A stretch of DNA of 64,000 nucleotides from Carcharhinus longimanus (lineage: Eukaryota): positions 81,463,823 to 81,527,822 of the forward strand of contig JASCQW010000072.1 of the NCBI GenBank assembly GCA_030264375.1. Direction: 5' to 3'. Every line of letters begins with the position of its first letter. Positions within the stretch are counted from its first letter, which is position 1. A model generated the notes under the pieces. The model ran no database searches. It had not been told where the DNA came from and worked only from the letters and a program-made list of their open reading frames with translations. Below, piece after piece: positions 25,633-36,960 of the stretch. Both the position numbers and the translations under genes were made by a program.

Positions 25633-27094
25633 AAGGACTTTGAGCAAGTATTTTGTACTTCTTCAAAACTATCCCAACAGTGGTAGAAAATCAAAAGACA
25701 TAGTACTGGGAAACCTAACAAGGCTAAAGGATGGCAAGTCCACTGGAGCTGTAAACTAGGGTCTTAAACAAAGTAGACTGTAGACATAGTGGGTGCAATG
25801 GCTGTAATTTTCAAAAATTCCACAGGTTCTGAAAAGGTCCCAGCGGTTTAGAAAATTGCAAACATAATACATCTTTTCAAAGAGGAAGGAGACAGAAAGC
25901 AGGAAAGTAAAGGTCAGTTAGACAAACATCTGTCATTGGGAATATGCTGGAATCCATTATTGTGACTATTGCGCAGGAAATTTAGAAAATCATAATACAA
26001 TCAGGCAGAATCAATATATCTGTATGAAAGGGACAGTGTTTGAAAGATATATTAGAGTTCTTTGAGAATATAACAAGAAAGGTGGGTAAAGGGGAACCAG
26101 TAGATGTAGTATATCTGAATTTCCAAAGGGTGCCACGTAAATGGTTACTGAGAAGAAAAGAGTTGGGCAATGTTATATCATCGTACATAGATGATTAGCT
26201 GACTGACAGAAAACAGAGTTAGGATAAATAAGTCAATTTTAACTTTGCAAACTGTAACTAGTAGGGTACAACAAGGATTAGTGCAGGGGCCTCAACCATT
26301 TACAACATGTATTAATAACTTGAAAGCTGACAACAAAAATGGTAGGAAAAGCAAGTTAAGCATACAAGCAGTCTATGAAAGAATAAAGACAGGTTAAGTG
26401 AGTGGAGCAGAAATTAGCAGATTAAATATTGTAAATGACAAAATGGGAGGTTGTTCACTTTGGCTGGAAAAGTAGAATATTATTTAAATAGTGATGGTAG
26501 AGAGAGATCAGTGCGGCCTTGTGCATGAATCACAAGAAGTTAGCATGTATGTCCAGTAAGTAATTCAGATGGTACATAGAGAGCTGGATTTAATTACAAG
26601 GAGGATGGATGGAGTATAAAAACAAGAAAATTTTGCTACAACTGTACAGGGAATTGGTGAGATCACATTGTATTGGAAGCAGTTCAAAAAAGATTCACTA
26701 GATGGATTCCAGGGATGAAGGAGTTGGTTTGTGAGGAAAGGTTGAGCAGATTGGGCCTATATTCATTTGAGTTCAGAAGAATGAGTTTATCTTATTGAAA
26801 CATTTAAGATTCTAAGTGTGCTTACAGGAAAGATGCTTAAAGAAAGTTTCCCCTCGTGGGGGAACCTAGAACTAAGGGGCACAGTTTTAAAATAAGTGGT
26901 CTCCTGTATAGGACTGAGATGAGGAGGAAATTCTTCTCTCAGAGTGTATTTAAAAGCATGTGAAATTCTCTTCCTGATAGAGAAGGCTGGGTCATTGAAT
27001 ATATTCAAGGTTGAGCTTGGCAGATTTTTGATCCAGAAGGGAGCCAATGATTATGGGGACAGGCAGGTGTGGAATTAAGGTACAATCAGATTTT

Positions 27095-27255
27095 AAAGAT
27101 TTTAAAATTTATTTATAATTGTCACAAGTAGGTTTACATCAACACAGTGAAGTTATTGTGAAAATTCTCTATTCACCACACTCCAGTGCCTGTTTGGATA
27201 CACTGAGGGAGAACTTAGCTTGGCCAATGCACCTAACCAGCACATTTTTTGGACA
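27095..27255 (-). mobile_element. SINE 3' fragment inserted in the CR1 3' UTR
   Basis: TGGCCAATGCACCTAACCAGCAC is the reverse complement of the V-SINE core GGTTAGGTGxATTGGCCA. Confidence 0.6.
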
Positions 27256-28479
27256 ATTATTGAACGGTGGGGCTGTCTCATAGAGCTGAATGGCCTACTC
27301 TTACTCCCATTTCTTATGATCTCCTGAGGGTTACATAGATTTATCATTTGTATTTACGAAACTTTCAGGTACTTTCATGATATACATTTGTCTTTTTTTT
27401 AAACCGCACCAATAATTGTACCAGAATCCTTTTTAACTTTTTATTTTATTGTTTGTTCTTCCTGGCTCTGATGTGTAATGCAAAAACCTAATCAAATAGG
27501 AATTTATTCACTTTACTGGACCAGTAATCCTAACTGATGGCAAATCTATAGATCAAAACATTTGTGGGCTCACTTTCACTTGTTCATATCATGGCATGCA
27601 GCGACGGGAGAGAAAACAAGGCATGTCCTGGTTATGTAGCTATGACTAAACTGAGCAATTCTAAGTGAAATATAATAGCAGCTACTGCTGTGCTTTTTCG
27701 ATGGAATGCCTATATAGACCAGGTACATTTCACTTTTTAAAGGATCTCCTAGACTATTGTATGCCTTTGGGCATTGCACAATAGGGATTTCAAAGATTGC
27801 TGAAAAATAACTTATTACCTACAGTGAATGCCAATTAACATTGTGACAGTTTGTTTCCTCAGGTCACACTTGCTAATACTGATTGACAGTTATAATCGAC
27901 AAGTTTGCAGAACACCCAGTGAGAGCACAGATGGTAATCAATTGCTGCATCCAGCAGTAAATGCTAAAAGCTTTACCACTTTAGCTAGGCACTCTGTTCC
28001 AGTTGGTGATATCAACACCATCAAGAACAACTGATGTTTATCAGATTAACTTTAAGGACTGGGGAATGTAATACATTAAAAATGGGATTCAAACACATCT
28101 TGATCATTTCAATCTCATTCCCCAGAATGTCAAGGATTAATAATTACATGATACCGTTCAAGCGTAGCAATCTCCTGGATTATCAAAGGTGTTTTGAACA
28201 GAAGGTTCAGGCCCACTGTAGAAATTTTCACGAGTGATGTGGGAGTGCTAAGTGATGTGATTTTGCACCTGCTACTTACCACATGTTGAATTGGGTCAGC
28301 TGTATGGCAGGGAATTCACCATAGATCTTGTTCACTGCCTCCCAGGAACAAGCTTCAAAGGAACATTGGCACAGGCCTGCCTTTTGAGCAGGAAGTCACA
28401 AAGGGAAAAAGTAAATTTCAAAAATATTACTAGCCCACAATATTAAGACAAAAAATTTTAAAATGACCAAAGTCTTAAT

Positions 28480-29290
28480 TTGAAAGAAATAGGCAATCAG
28501 ATGGTAAATAGGATATAATGTGAGAAATATGAGGTTTTTCACTTTGATTGCAAGGATAGCAAAGCAGAATTTTTACTAAGTTTTGAAACTTGAAAACGTT
28601 AATGTTCAGAGGGACTTTGGCAAAATCATAAAAGATACACCCAAGCCCACATGCAAGTATAGCGAACAATTCAAAACCAAAAGGCATGTTGGCCTATATT
28701 GTAAAGGAGCTAGAGTACAAGAAATAAAGAAGTCTTGATACAACTGTATTGGGATTTATGAGTACTGTGAGTAGTTTTCTTTTACATATCTAAATAAGTA
28801 TATACGTGCCTTGGAGGTGGTATAGTGAAACTAGATTGGTTCACTAGATTGGTTGCTGGAATGAGAGGGTATTCTATGATTAGAAGCTGAGAAAATTGGT
28901 CCTATACCTTTTGGAGTTCACAAGAATGAGAGGTGACTGCATTGAAACATACAATATTTTGGGAGGGCCTGACAGGGTAGGCAGTGGAGAGGTATTTCCC
29001 TAGCTGGGGAATCTGGAACAATGGGGTACAATCTCAGGATAAGGGACTGATTATTTAGGATTGAGATGTGGAGATTGTTAATTTTTAGCATTCTGTATCC
29101 CAGATGGTTCTGGAAGCTCTATAATTGAATATATTCAAGACTAAACCTTTAGTCACTCACAGAATCAAAGTAAACTGGGAGCAGACTAGGAAATGGAGTT
29201 GAGGCAGAAGGTCAAACGTGATTGTATTGAAGGGCGGAGCAGGCTCAAGAGGCCACATGGTTTATCCATGCTCCTATTCCTTATATTCTT
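28480..29290 (+). mobile_element. CR1 LINE 3' portion
   Basis: KPKGMLAYIVKELEYKK, RMRGDCIETYNILGGPDRV and the 3' UTR GGCGGAGCAGGCTCAAG...GCTCCTATTCCTTAT. Confidence 0.85.
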
Positions 29291-29754
29291 ACAGAAATTG
29301 CAGTTTAAAATTTGTTGCAAATAAATTATGAAATTGGCAGCAGATCCATGACAACTTGTTACTGTGACAACATATTAAGACCCATCTAGACAGGATGAAG
29401 TGTAAAACTGAAATTTTATTGAGCTCAATACCAATGATATTTTAATTCACTCACTTATCTTTTTAACATATGCTATTCACTTTGCAGGAAATCTGCTGGG
29501 CAGTGGGGACCTTTGCGAAAATAGAATCCAACACACCCACCGTTCGTTAATTAATAAGTGTTACTCTCGGCAGGCACTGATATCATACTTCCTCCTATCT
29601 TCATGAAAGCTTGTTAATGAGGTAGGCTAAATCTTTAAGTGCTTAAATAGTGTCAAACTGCCTGCCATACTCTCATGTCGATTGCCCCTAGTTAAAGGCA
29701 GCTTTTTTTTTCAAGGAAATAATGTTGTTTGACAGCATAGAACTCGAGTATGGC

Positions 29755-30785
29755 TGAAAAAAATAGACATACTATCAAAGCTTGTCGTCTTGCATTCATC
29801 AGGACAACTTTCAGCATAAATCAAGAGTAGAGGGGATAACAATTTATACTGCATGGGAAGAGAGTGCAGATTGGTTGTCAAGTGGACTCTGGCAGATGCA
29901 TTACCATGGAGAATGCAGCAAAGAACAGTTAACTTCCAAACTTCGGTTTGATTCTAATCAGTCAAGGCATTGCCATGAGGGATGACTGAGAGAGTGAAGG
30001 ATAAAGCACTCCCCCTACCACCACCCACCCCCCCCCACCCCTATTTTTGTTTAGTTGGAAAAAGCATGCATGTGGCTATGCATCTTCCATCTGCAAAAGG
30101 CAGGGGCCTGTGTGTGAATGCATGTGGCTCTTAGCATGCATAAGTGAACAAAAGTAACATCCTCCACTAACTGGCACTGCCCTCAAGCCAAAACATTGTT
30201 CTGCCCATCAAATATGCAATGTGGTATATGAATTATTGTGCTTGTGCAATGCCAGGTATGTAATCTACAAGTCCAATGACTGGCACAGATCACATCAAAT
30301 AGTACATCCTTTTGCCTGTTCGCAACAGTCAAAGTACTGACCATATTCAACCAGCTCGTGCTTGCAAAACTCAAAACAGGGATCAAAATTAGATGTGATT
30401 CTGTGATTGGACAATACTTACTAAACAATCACTTACACATGCTGGAAGCCACATACATTCATAAACAAGATCCTTTGCAGACAAATGAGGCGTACGTTCA
30501 TTATAACCTTTCCAACTAAAATAAAGCTTGGGGGAACAACTATTCCCTGATTCATTCCCCATTACAATGCCTTGACCAATTAGTGTTCACCTCCCTGGTT
30601 TGTTTTAAAAACAAAAGTCTGGAAGTTGACAGTGCTGTGTTGCATTCTCCAAGGTAACATTACCAGACCCCACTCACCAACCAATCAGCACTCTCTTCAT
30701 ATGCAGAATAAAATGTCATCCCCTTACTGTTGGTTTATCCCATGTAGTTGTCCTGATGGTGCAAGATAATACGACTTTTTTCAAA
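29755..30785 (+). mobile_element. Penelope-like element remnant with long inverted arms and a GIY-YIG fragment
   Basis: About 29780-30147 is an inverted copy of about 30429-30775. The centre reads NVVYELLCLCNARYV...IRCDSVIGQYLLNN..HMLEATYI, and both ends carry degenerate hammerhead-like GTCCTGATG..TGCAAGA motifs. Confidence 0.8.
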
Positions 30786-30923
30786 AAATTGTTTCTTTCT
30801 CTACCTCATGGATCCTGAATGTAATTATGAGCTCCCTGTTGCTGCCCTGGCTGAGATCAGCTAACTCAGCAAAGACCATGAATCAAAAGTGGAACCGTCT
30901 TCTCTTCACTGTTGACTTACACA

Positions 30924-31625
30924 CTGATGTGGAGATGCCAGCGTTGGACTGCCAGCACAGAAAGAAGTCTGTGAACATTGACCAGGTACACGGTGCATGT
31001 ACTTGCAAATCGGCCAACATTTTCTACCTGATACACTGCAGGAAAGGATGTCCCAAGGCATGGTACACTGGGGAGACCACGCAGACACTACGACAACGGA
31101 TGAATGAACACCGCTCGATAATCACCAGGCAAGAGTGATCTCTTCCTGTTGGGGAATACTTCAGTGGTCACAGGCAGTTGGTATCTGATCTTTGGGTAAA
31201 CGTTCTTCAAGGCGGCCTTCACAACACATAACAGAGAGTCGCTGAGCAGAGACTGATAGCCAAATTCTGTACACGAGAATGGCCATGATCTCGNNNNNNN
31301 NNNNNNNNNNNNNNNNNNNNNNNNNNNNNNNNNNNNNNNNNNNNNNNNNNNNNNNNNNNNNNNNNNNNNNNNNGAGACAATACACATCTCTTTAACCTGT
31401 GCTTAACCCTCTCTCCACTCACATTGTCTGCACCTTTAAGACTTGATTACTTGTAAAGACTCACATTCCAACCATTATTTTGTAAATTGCATTTGTGTCT
31501 TTATATTACCTGTTTGTGAACAGAACTCCCACTCATCTGATGAAGGGGCAGCACTCTGAAAGCTCATGGTTTGTGCTACCAAATAAACCTGTTGGGCTTT
31601 AACCTGGTGTTGTGAGACTTCTTTC
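30924..31625 (+). mobile_element. Penelope-like element: inverted tail, GIY-YIG endonuclease fragment and pseudo-LTR
   Basis: CTCKSANIFYLIHCRKGCPKAWYTGETTQTLRQRMNEHRS is the Penelope GIY-YIG signature. The probable TSD is TGACTTACACA (30913-30923) / TGAGTTACACA (31626-31636). Confidence 0.92.
31533..31569 (+). ncRNA. Minimal type I hammerhead ribozyme motif (partly decayed)
   Basis: UCAU-CUGAUGA-A-GGGG(CAGCA)CUCU-GAA-AGCU-C-AUGG: intact core, stem I UCAU/AUGG, stem II with two G-U pairs, palindromic stem III AGCU. Confidence 0.7.
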
Positions 31626-32019
31626 TGAGTTACACATCGTCATTATTAACTTTACATTATGGATTTCTTTTTCCTGAAGTTTCAAATACTTGTGCATCTA
31701 TGAGATGCCTCAAAATTAGTAACGGAGACAGAAAAGCAGTCCTACACCAGTACTAGGCAAAATAATAGAACTGATTGTTCAGTGTAAATTGGAGGATTAT
31801 CAGTATGATAATAATTCAGTTAAGTTGTCAACATGGATGCACACTCTTTTTTAAAGTAAGTGACTTAATGCACTTCAATTTCCAACATGGATTTGCCAAG
31901 TTCCACATAATCATTTCCTTTTTCAACTTAAACTCTGGGTACTTGAGGTAAAATATAGCAACAGGTAAAAGATAGCGGAAGGGCAGGAAGTAGTGGGTAC
32001 TCATTAATATTTTCTCATA

Positions 32020-32325
32020 TATCTTTCACAGGATGTGGGTATTAGGCCAGCAATTTTATCACCACCTATAATTTCTCTCAGAAAAGTACAAGTGAGCCAC
32101 CTTCTTGAACCGCTGCAGTCCATCTGGTGTAGGTATACCCATAGTGCTGTTAGGGAGTGAGTTCCAAGATTTTGACCCAGCGACAGCGAAGGAATATCTC
32201 CAAGTCAGGTTGGTGCATGGCTTGGGGGGGACCTTTCAAGAGATGGTGTTCCCATGCTTCTGCTGCCCTTCTTCTAGGTGGTAGAGGAAGGTTTGGAAGA
32301 TGCTGCTGAAGGAGCCTTGGTAAGC
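32020..32325 (-). mobile_element. CR1-clade LINE 3' end (same family as 11105)
   Basis: GTGAGCCACCTTCTTGAACCGCTGCAGTCCAT...GTGCTGTTAGGGAG...TTTGACCCAGCGACAG is the reverse complement of 11105-11262. Confidence 0.8.
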
Positions 32326-32424
32326 TGGGAGTGAGAGGACTGCAGGACCTGATGGATCATTTTGGTACAACTTAAATTCAGAAGCTCAATCCAAACTGGT
32401 CAGATTCTTTCAATATTAAACTAA

Positions 32425-33475
32425 GAAAGCATAGTTTAATTTGAGAAGCTAGCACAGAAACTCCCAGTTTATTTGAATTAAACATGTGAGCGGGTCAAAC
32501 AATTACATGAAATTGAATGCAAACAGCTCGAAAATAGTATACGTCAGGAAAAAAGGACAACATTGTACTTGAATGATACTGAAGTACATGTTGAAGTACT
32601 TAACATTGAAGATGAAAGACATCTATTAGCTTTGAGTGCTAATATACAGAGTGTAGATCAGCAAATCTACGTGAGTCTATTACGAACAGGAAGATATTTC
32701 AGAGATATATTTCAAATGTTGAATTTTACAAAACTTAAAAACAAGGTTAAGCAGAATATTCTTGGAAGTGGTATGATGATCATGCCAACTCTGCCCAGAG
32801 ACAGACCCATGTGATCTGTAGCCAGAACCTATTGAAAAGCAAGTGACCGGTTACACAACTGGGACAACTGCTTTGTGAAACTCAGACACAAACAGAGATA
32901 CAAATGCTTGGAGAGAGGACAGAAACAACTGCTGCTGTGAAGAGTGGAGGAAATGGGCGGCATGGTGACATATGGTTAGCACTGCTGCCTCACAGCGCCA
33001 GGGATCTGGTTTGATTCCCAGCTTGGGTCACTGTTTTGTATGGAGTTTGCACATTCTCCCTGTATCTGTATGGGTTTTCTCCAAGTATTCCAGTTTCCTC
33101 CCACAGCCCAAAGATATCCAGGTTAGGTGGATTGGCCATGCTAAATTGCCCATTAGTGTGAGGGGGACTAGTTAGGATAAATGAATGGGGTTATGAGGAT
33201 AGGGCCTGGGTGGGATTGTGGTTGGTGCAGACTTGATGGACCAAATAGCTTCCTTCTGCACTATAGGATTCTATTCTATAAAAGACTGCATTTGCGTAAG
33301 CACTCGATCAGGATGCTCATGAGAACTGATTCTTTGTCTGAAGAGACAGTGCCTTTGGACATTTAAGTAACAAGGGGCTACTGTAGAGGGTCTTTCTGGT
33401 GGAAGTCAGTTTGGGATTCAGAAGCTGAGTGGAAGAATTTTCAGAGAATACTCAATGACAACTTGGAGTGGCAGG
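32425..33475 (+). pseudogene. Decayed, apparently intronless TRIM-like relic (coiled coil plus PRY-SPRY motifs), interrupted by a SINE and cut by an RTE
   Basis: KQLENSIRQE..LYLNDTE..VLNIEDERHLLALSANIQSVDQQI resembles a TRIM coiled coil. LDQDAHEN/SLSEETV at 33303-33351 resembles PRY (LDPxTAHxxLxLSED). GFRS*VEEFSENTQ*QLGVA at 33414-33473 resembles SPRY (GFxSG..W.V....W.LGV). Contains stops and frameshifts. Confidence 0.5.
32955..33279 (+). mobile_element. Full-length V-domain tRNA SINE (HE1-like)
   Basis: GGGCGGCATGGTG..TGGTTAGCACTGCTGCCTCACAGCGCCAGG, B-box-like GGTTTGATTCC, V core TGGAGTTTGCACATTCTCC and CR1-type tail GGATTCTATTCTAT. Confidence 0.92.
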
Positions 33476-33512
33476 GAGTAGGGAACCTGCTGGAAAGCTG
33501 AGGGGGGCAGAT

Positions 33513-34290
33513 TGAACTGACAATTAGTGTCAGGAAGACCAAATTTGTGCACCAGCATGTAGAGACACTGCCTTCTACCAACATTGACAATGTCACTCTG
33601 GAGGTTGTCGACAGCTTCACATATCTTGGATCAACAATTACCAGCAACCTATCCCTTGATGCTGAAATCAGCACCAGGATTGTCAAGGTTACAGCTGTCG
33701 TGTCAAAGTGGACTAACAGCAAACTAACTGAAAATACAAAGCTCTTTGTGTACCAGGATAGTGCTCTCAGCAACTTCCTTTACAGTATAGAACCATGGAC
33801 AACTTATTGCCAAGAACAGCTTCTATCTTTACTACTTCAGAAGACGATTGGGTTTCTCCTGGCAAGACAAAGTATGAATATAAAGTATATAAGCGTTCAG
33901 GGATCTGCAGCATGTTCCCTCTCAAGTCACCAATGACTCATTTGGCTGGGTTATGTGAGCTGAATAGGTGATGGTCACATCTCCAAGAATATGCTCTACG
34001 GCAAGTTTGCTAATGGCACGGGACCAATTTGTTGCCTGTTTCTGTGATACAAAAACATCTGTAAGCAAGGTGCCCTGGGAACGGAGTTGAGGCAGGGAAG
34101 TCCTAGCTGCTGACCAGACTGTCTGGAGACAAGTAGTCAACAAAGGCATAGAAAAAGCAAAAGAGAAAAGAAATGACCAGATGGCAGAAAAGAGTGTCTC
34201 CACTGGAAGGAAAAAAACAATCAAACTCAGGGCAAAGTTATTTATCTATTCAATTCTCGGAAGAGTCTGCCACTCGCAAATCAGCCCAAC
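33513..34290 (+). mobile_element. RTE-clade (BovB-like) LINE 3' fragment
   Basis: LTISVRKTK...LEVVDSFTYLGSTITSNLSLDAEISTRI...LTENTKLFVYQ...LYSIEPWTTY, later WLGYV and KNMLYG. Confidence 0.9.
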
Positions 34291-34749
34291 AGATGATGAT
34301 CAATCCAGAAGTGACATAGACTCTGGAAGCAGTCTATCATATCCTGCGATAGATGGATGCAATCACCATACAAGAATCTTAAGCTCAGAGTTGCAATGTG
34401 GGGAGAAACTCAGAGGGTGTAAAATTAGAATGCAATTTGAATTGGTTCAGGTCTCCAAAAGAAGAGTTCAGTGTGCTAGAACCAATTAATCACCTTCTAA
34501 TCGCAAGATACATATAAATAAAGATAGCTACTGGTCCCAATGTCATCCAGAAAAACATGGCAGTACCTCCCAATATAGTATCAAACTATTTTAAATTATT
34601 TCAAGATTTTCATTACCATTACCATGTTTAACAGTCCATTCCAATTGTGAACCATCTGACAGAAGTCTTAAGCTTAAATAATATCACTCACTAATTTGTG
34701 TCACCTGTTCAACACGGATGATTTTAGTTTTAAGTATTGTTGGAAATCA

Positions 34750-35050
34750 ATCAACAACAACTTGGATATAGTAACTCTGGCATAATAAAATCTCCCAAGA
34801 TGCGCTTCAGGAGCTTTACAGAAAAAAAAATGACAGCAAACCATATAAGGAGACATTAGACCAGTTGACCAAAATGCTTGGTCAAAGTGGAGTTTTGTGG
34901 AAAGTGGAGAGGGCGTGGAGGCATTCAGATACAGGAATGAGGGATTGAAAATCAAAGCATAGCTCAAACAGGAACCAATGCAGATCAGTGAGCATAGTGA
35001 GCAGGACTTGCTGAGAGTTAGGACATAGGTAGCGAAGTTTTGAGTGATTC
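34750..35050 (-). mobile_element. L2 LINE 3' tail
   Basis: CAACAACTTGGATATAG...CCATATAAGGAGACATTAG..TGACCAAAATGCTTGGTCAAAG matches the reverse complement of the L2 3' UTR type at 15750-15885. Confidence 0.65.
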
Positions 35051-35056
35051 AAATTT

Positions 35057-35337
35057 GCGGTTAGCACTGCTGCCTCACAGCACCAATGACCCAGGTTCAA
35101 TTCCGAACTTGGGTGCCTGAATGGAGTTTGCACATTCTCCTTGTGTCTGCCTGTGTGTCCTTCCACTCCAAAAATATGCAGATTAGGTTGATTGGCCATC
35201 CTAAATTGGCACTTAGTGTTGGGGGGATTAACAGGATAAATGCATGGGGTTATGGGGATATGGCCTGGGTGGGATTATTGTCAGTGCAGGCTTGATGGAT
35301 CAAATGGCCTCATTCAGCACTGTGGGGATTCTATGAT
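35057..35337 (+). mobile_element. V-domain tRNA SINE
   Basis: GGTTAGCACTGCTGCCTCACAGCACC, GGTTCAATTCC, V core and GGATTCTATG tail. Confidence 0.9.
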
Positions 35338-36604
35338 ACATGACTGTATCACCAAATAAAGGAATTGGTGAGAAGGAAAAAGTAGCCCCCAAAAAGCAAA
35401 AAGTCACCCTCGAGAATCTCAAGAAAATTGCTCTAAAAAAGATTATTTTGACAGCTGTTTAAATCAGTTATAATAGTAGAAAACTGTAAAATGATTCCAC
35501 AGTATACTCATTGAAAAAGGCAACTGGATAAGATATATTGCTTGGTGCACTTTAAAAACAGCATAAAATTCAGAGACCTGAACTAGAGAAGTTGGTTACA
35601 ATCAAAGTCTCTTATGTATTGGGGTTTGGATCTTTATTATGGAAATGGCGAGGGAGAAGTTAGCTCCATTCTGCAAGTTCCCTAAAAATAGTCTGTGACC
35701 CAGCAGACTGGAAGGAATTCACCAAATCTGACATTATGATAGCACATACCTTCATCTTGAATAATAAATGACATGCACTGAGGTGAGGATTAGTTCCACA
35801 TGAATTTAGGCTGTGTCATTACAAGGACAAAGTTGATAACCTAATATGTTATAAAAATTAGTGTACAATTAGTAAGGAAACAAAGGACATTTTTCAAGAC
35901 TTGGGAAATCCTCTACTTGAATAAGGTTTGAACCTTACACTTCTTTTCAAGACACATTTAAATCTTCTGGAAAAGCAATCAAAATCCTAATTTCAGTTGT
36001 ACATAAGTTAAGACAAAATGATTATCTCACATTTTTTTTAAATCGAAGGCTTTGCTCTTCAATATAGTTGCTAGTTAACTGCAGTTTGAAAATTCCTCTT
36101 CTCAAACTCATCTGAGGAGTTAGGTCAATGCCAGAGAACTATGCACTGAGAGTTTTCACTCCATGAAAGTAAAAGGAGATTTAGTTAATTTTAATGATAG
36201 GTACATTACAATCAGTTGCAAAAGTGTTACATCAGTGAAAAGTATATACATCTTCATCACTATTCAATGATCTGTGCAATACAATGAGCTAAGCTGCCAC
36301 ATATTACAGTACAGGATTACATAGTCAATATCTCACATTCTATGCTAGTGCTTAAAGTAACATAATGCAACTTCAAAGCACAAGAGCCAATACTTTGCAC
36401 AGATTGTGCTTACTTTTGCATTCCACCTTGCAAATCTGAGATAAGACTTCATGAAATCAATTAAATTAGTGCATGTACACAAATTGAGGGTAATTATTTT
36501 AAGACTGTTGCAGGGAGTAGTTTATCTGGTTGGATGTATATCTAAGAGATGGCGCTGCATTGCTTACACAAGTACAAATCAGGAGCCATCCTTACATTGA
36601 ATTA

Positions 36605-36960
36605 CATAGAATAAGCAGCACAGAAACAGGCCATTTGGCCTAATCAGTACATTCTGGCAGTTTTACTCCACTTTTGAACGTCCTCCAATTCTTCCACATG
36701 TATCGATATAATTTTCTATTCCCTTCACCCCTTTTTCTTCCCTAGCTTCCTTCTTAAATACATTTATATTATCTGCCTCAACTGTGATAACAGTTCCACA
36801 TTCTCAACAAACGAAGTACAGATGTTTCTGAATTCCCTATTTGATTTCTTGGTGACCATTTTATAATGATTCTCTCTAGTTTAATCTTCCCTACATTGCA
36901 TCTACTCTACAAAACATTTTAATAATTTTGAAGACCTGGTCACCCCTCTTGTTTTGTAGA
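36605..36960 (-). mobile_element. Old CR1 3' end
   Basis: CATAGAAT...CACAGAAACAGGCCATTTGGCC tail followed by GTTCCACATTCTCA. Confidence 0.65.

Larger units (their letters stand above)
25270..27320 (+). mobile_element. Decayed CR1 LINE ORF2 (RT to 3' UTR) with nested insertions
   Basis: RT motifs in order: KIANI, LFKEEGDRK, DKHLS, KGEPVDVVYLNFQ, SRVQQGLVQGP, later FFSQS and the 3' UTR ATGGCCTACTCTTACTCCCATTTCTTATG. Confidence 0.9.

Noticed and set aside
32955-33030. tRNA-like A and B boxes here and in the other SINE heads
   Set aside because: These are SINE promoters without a complete cloverleaf, not tRNA genes.
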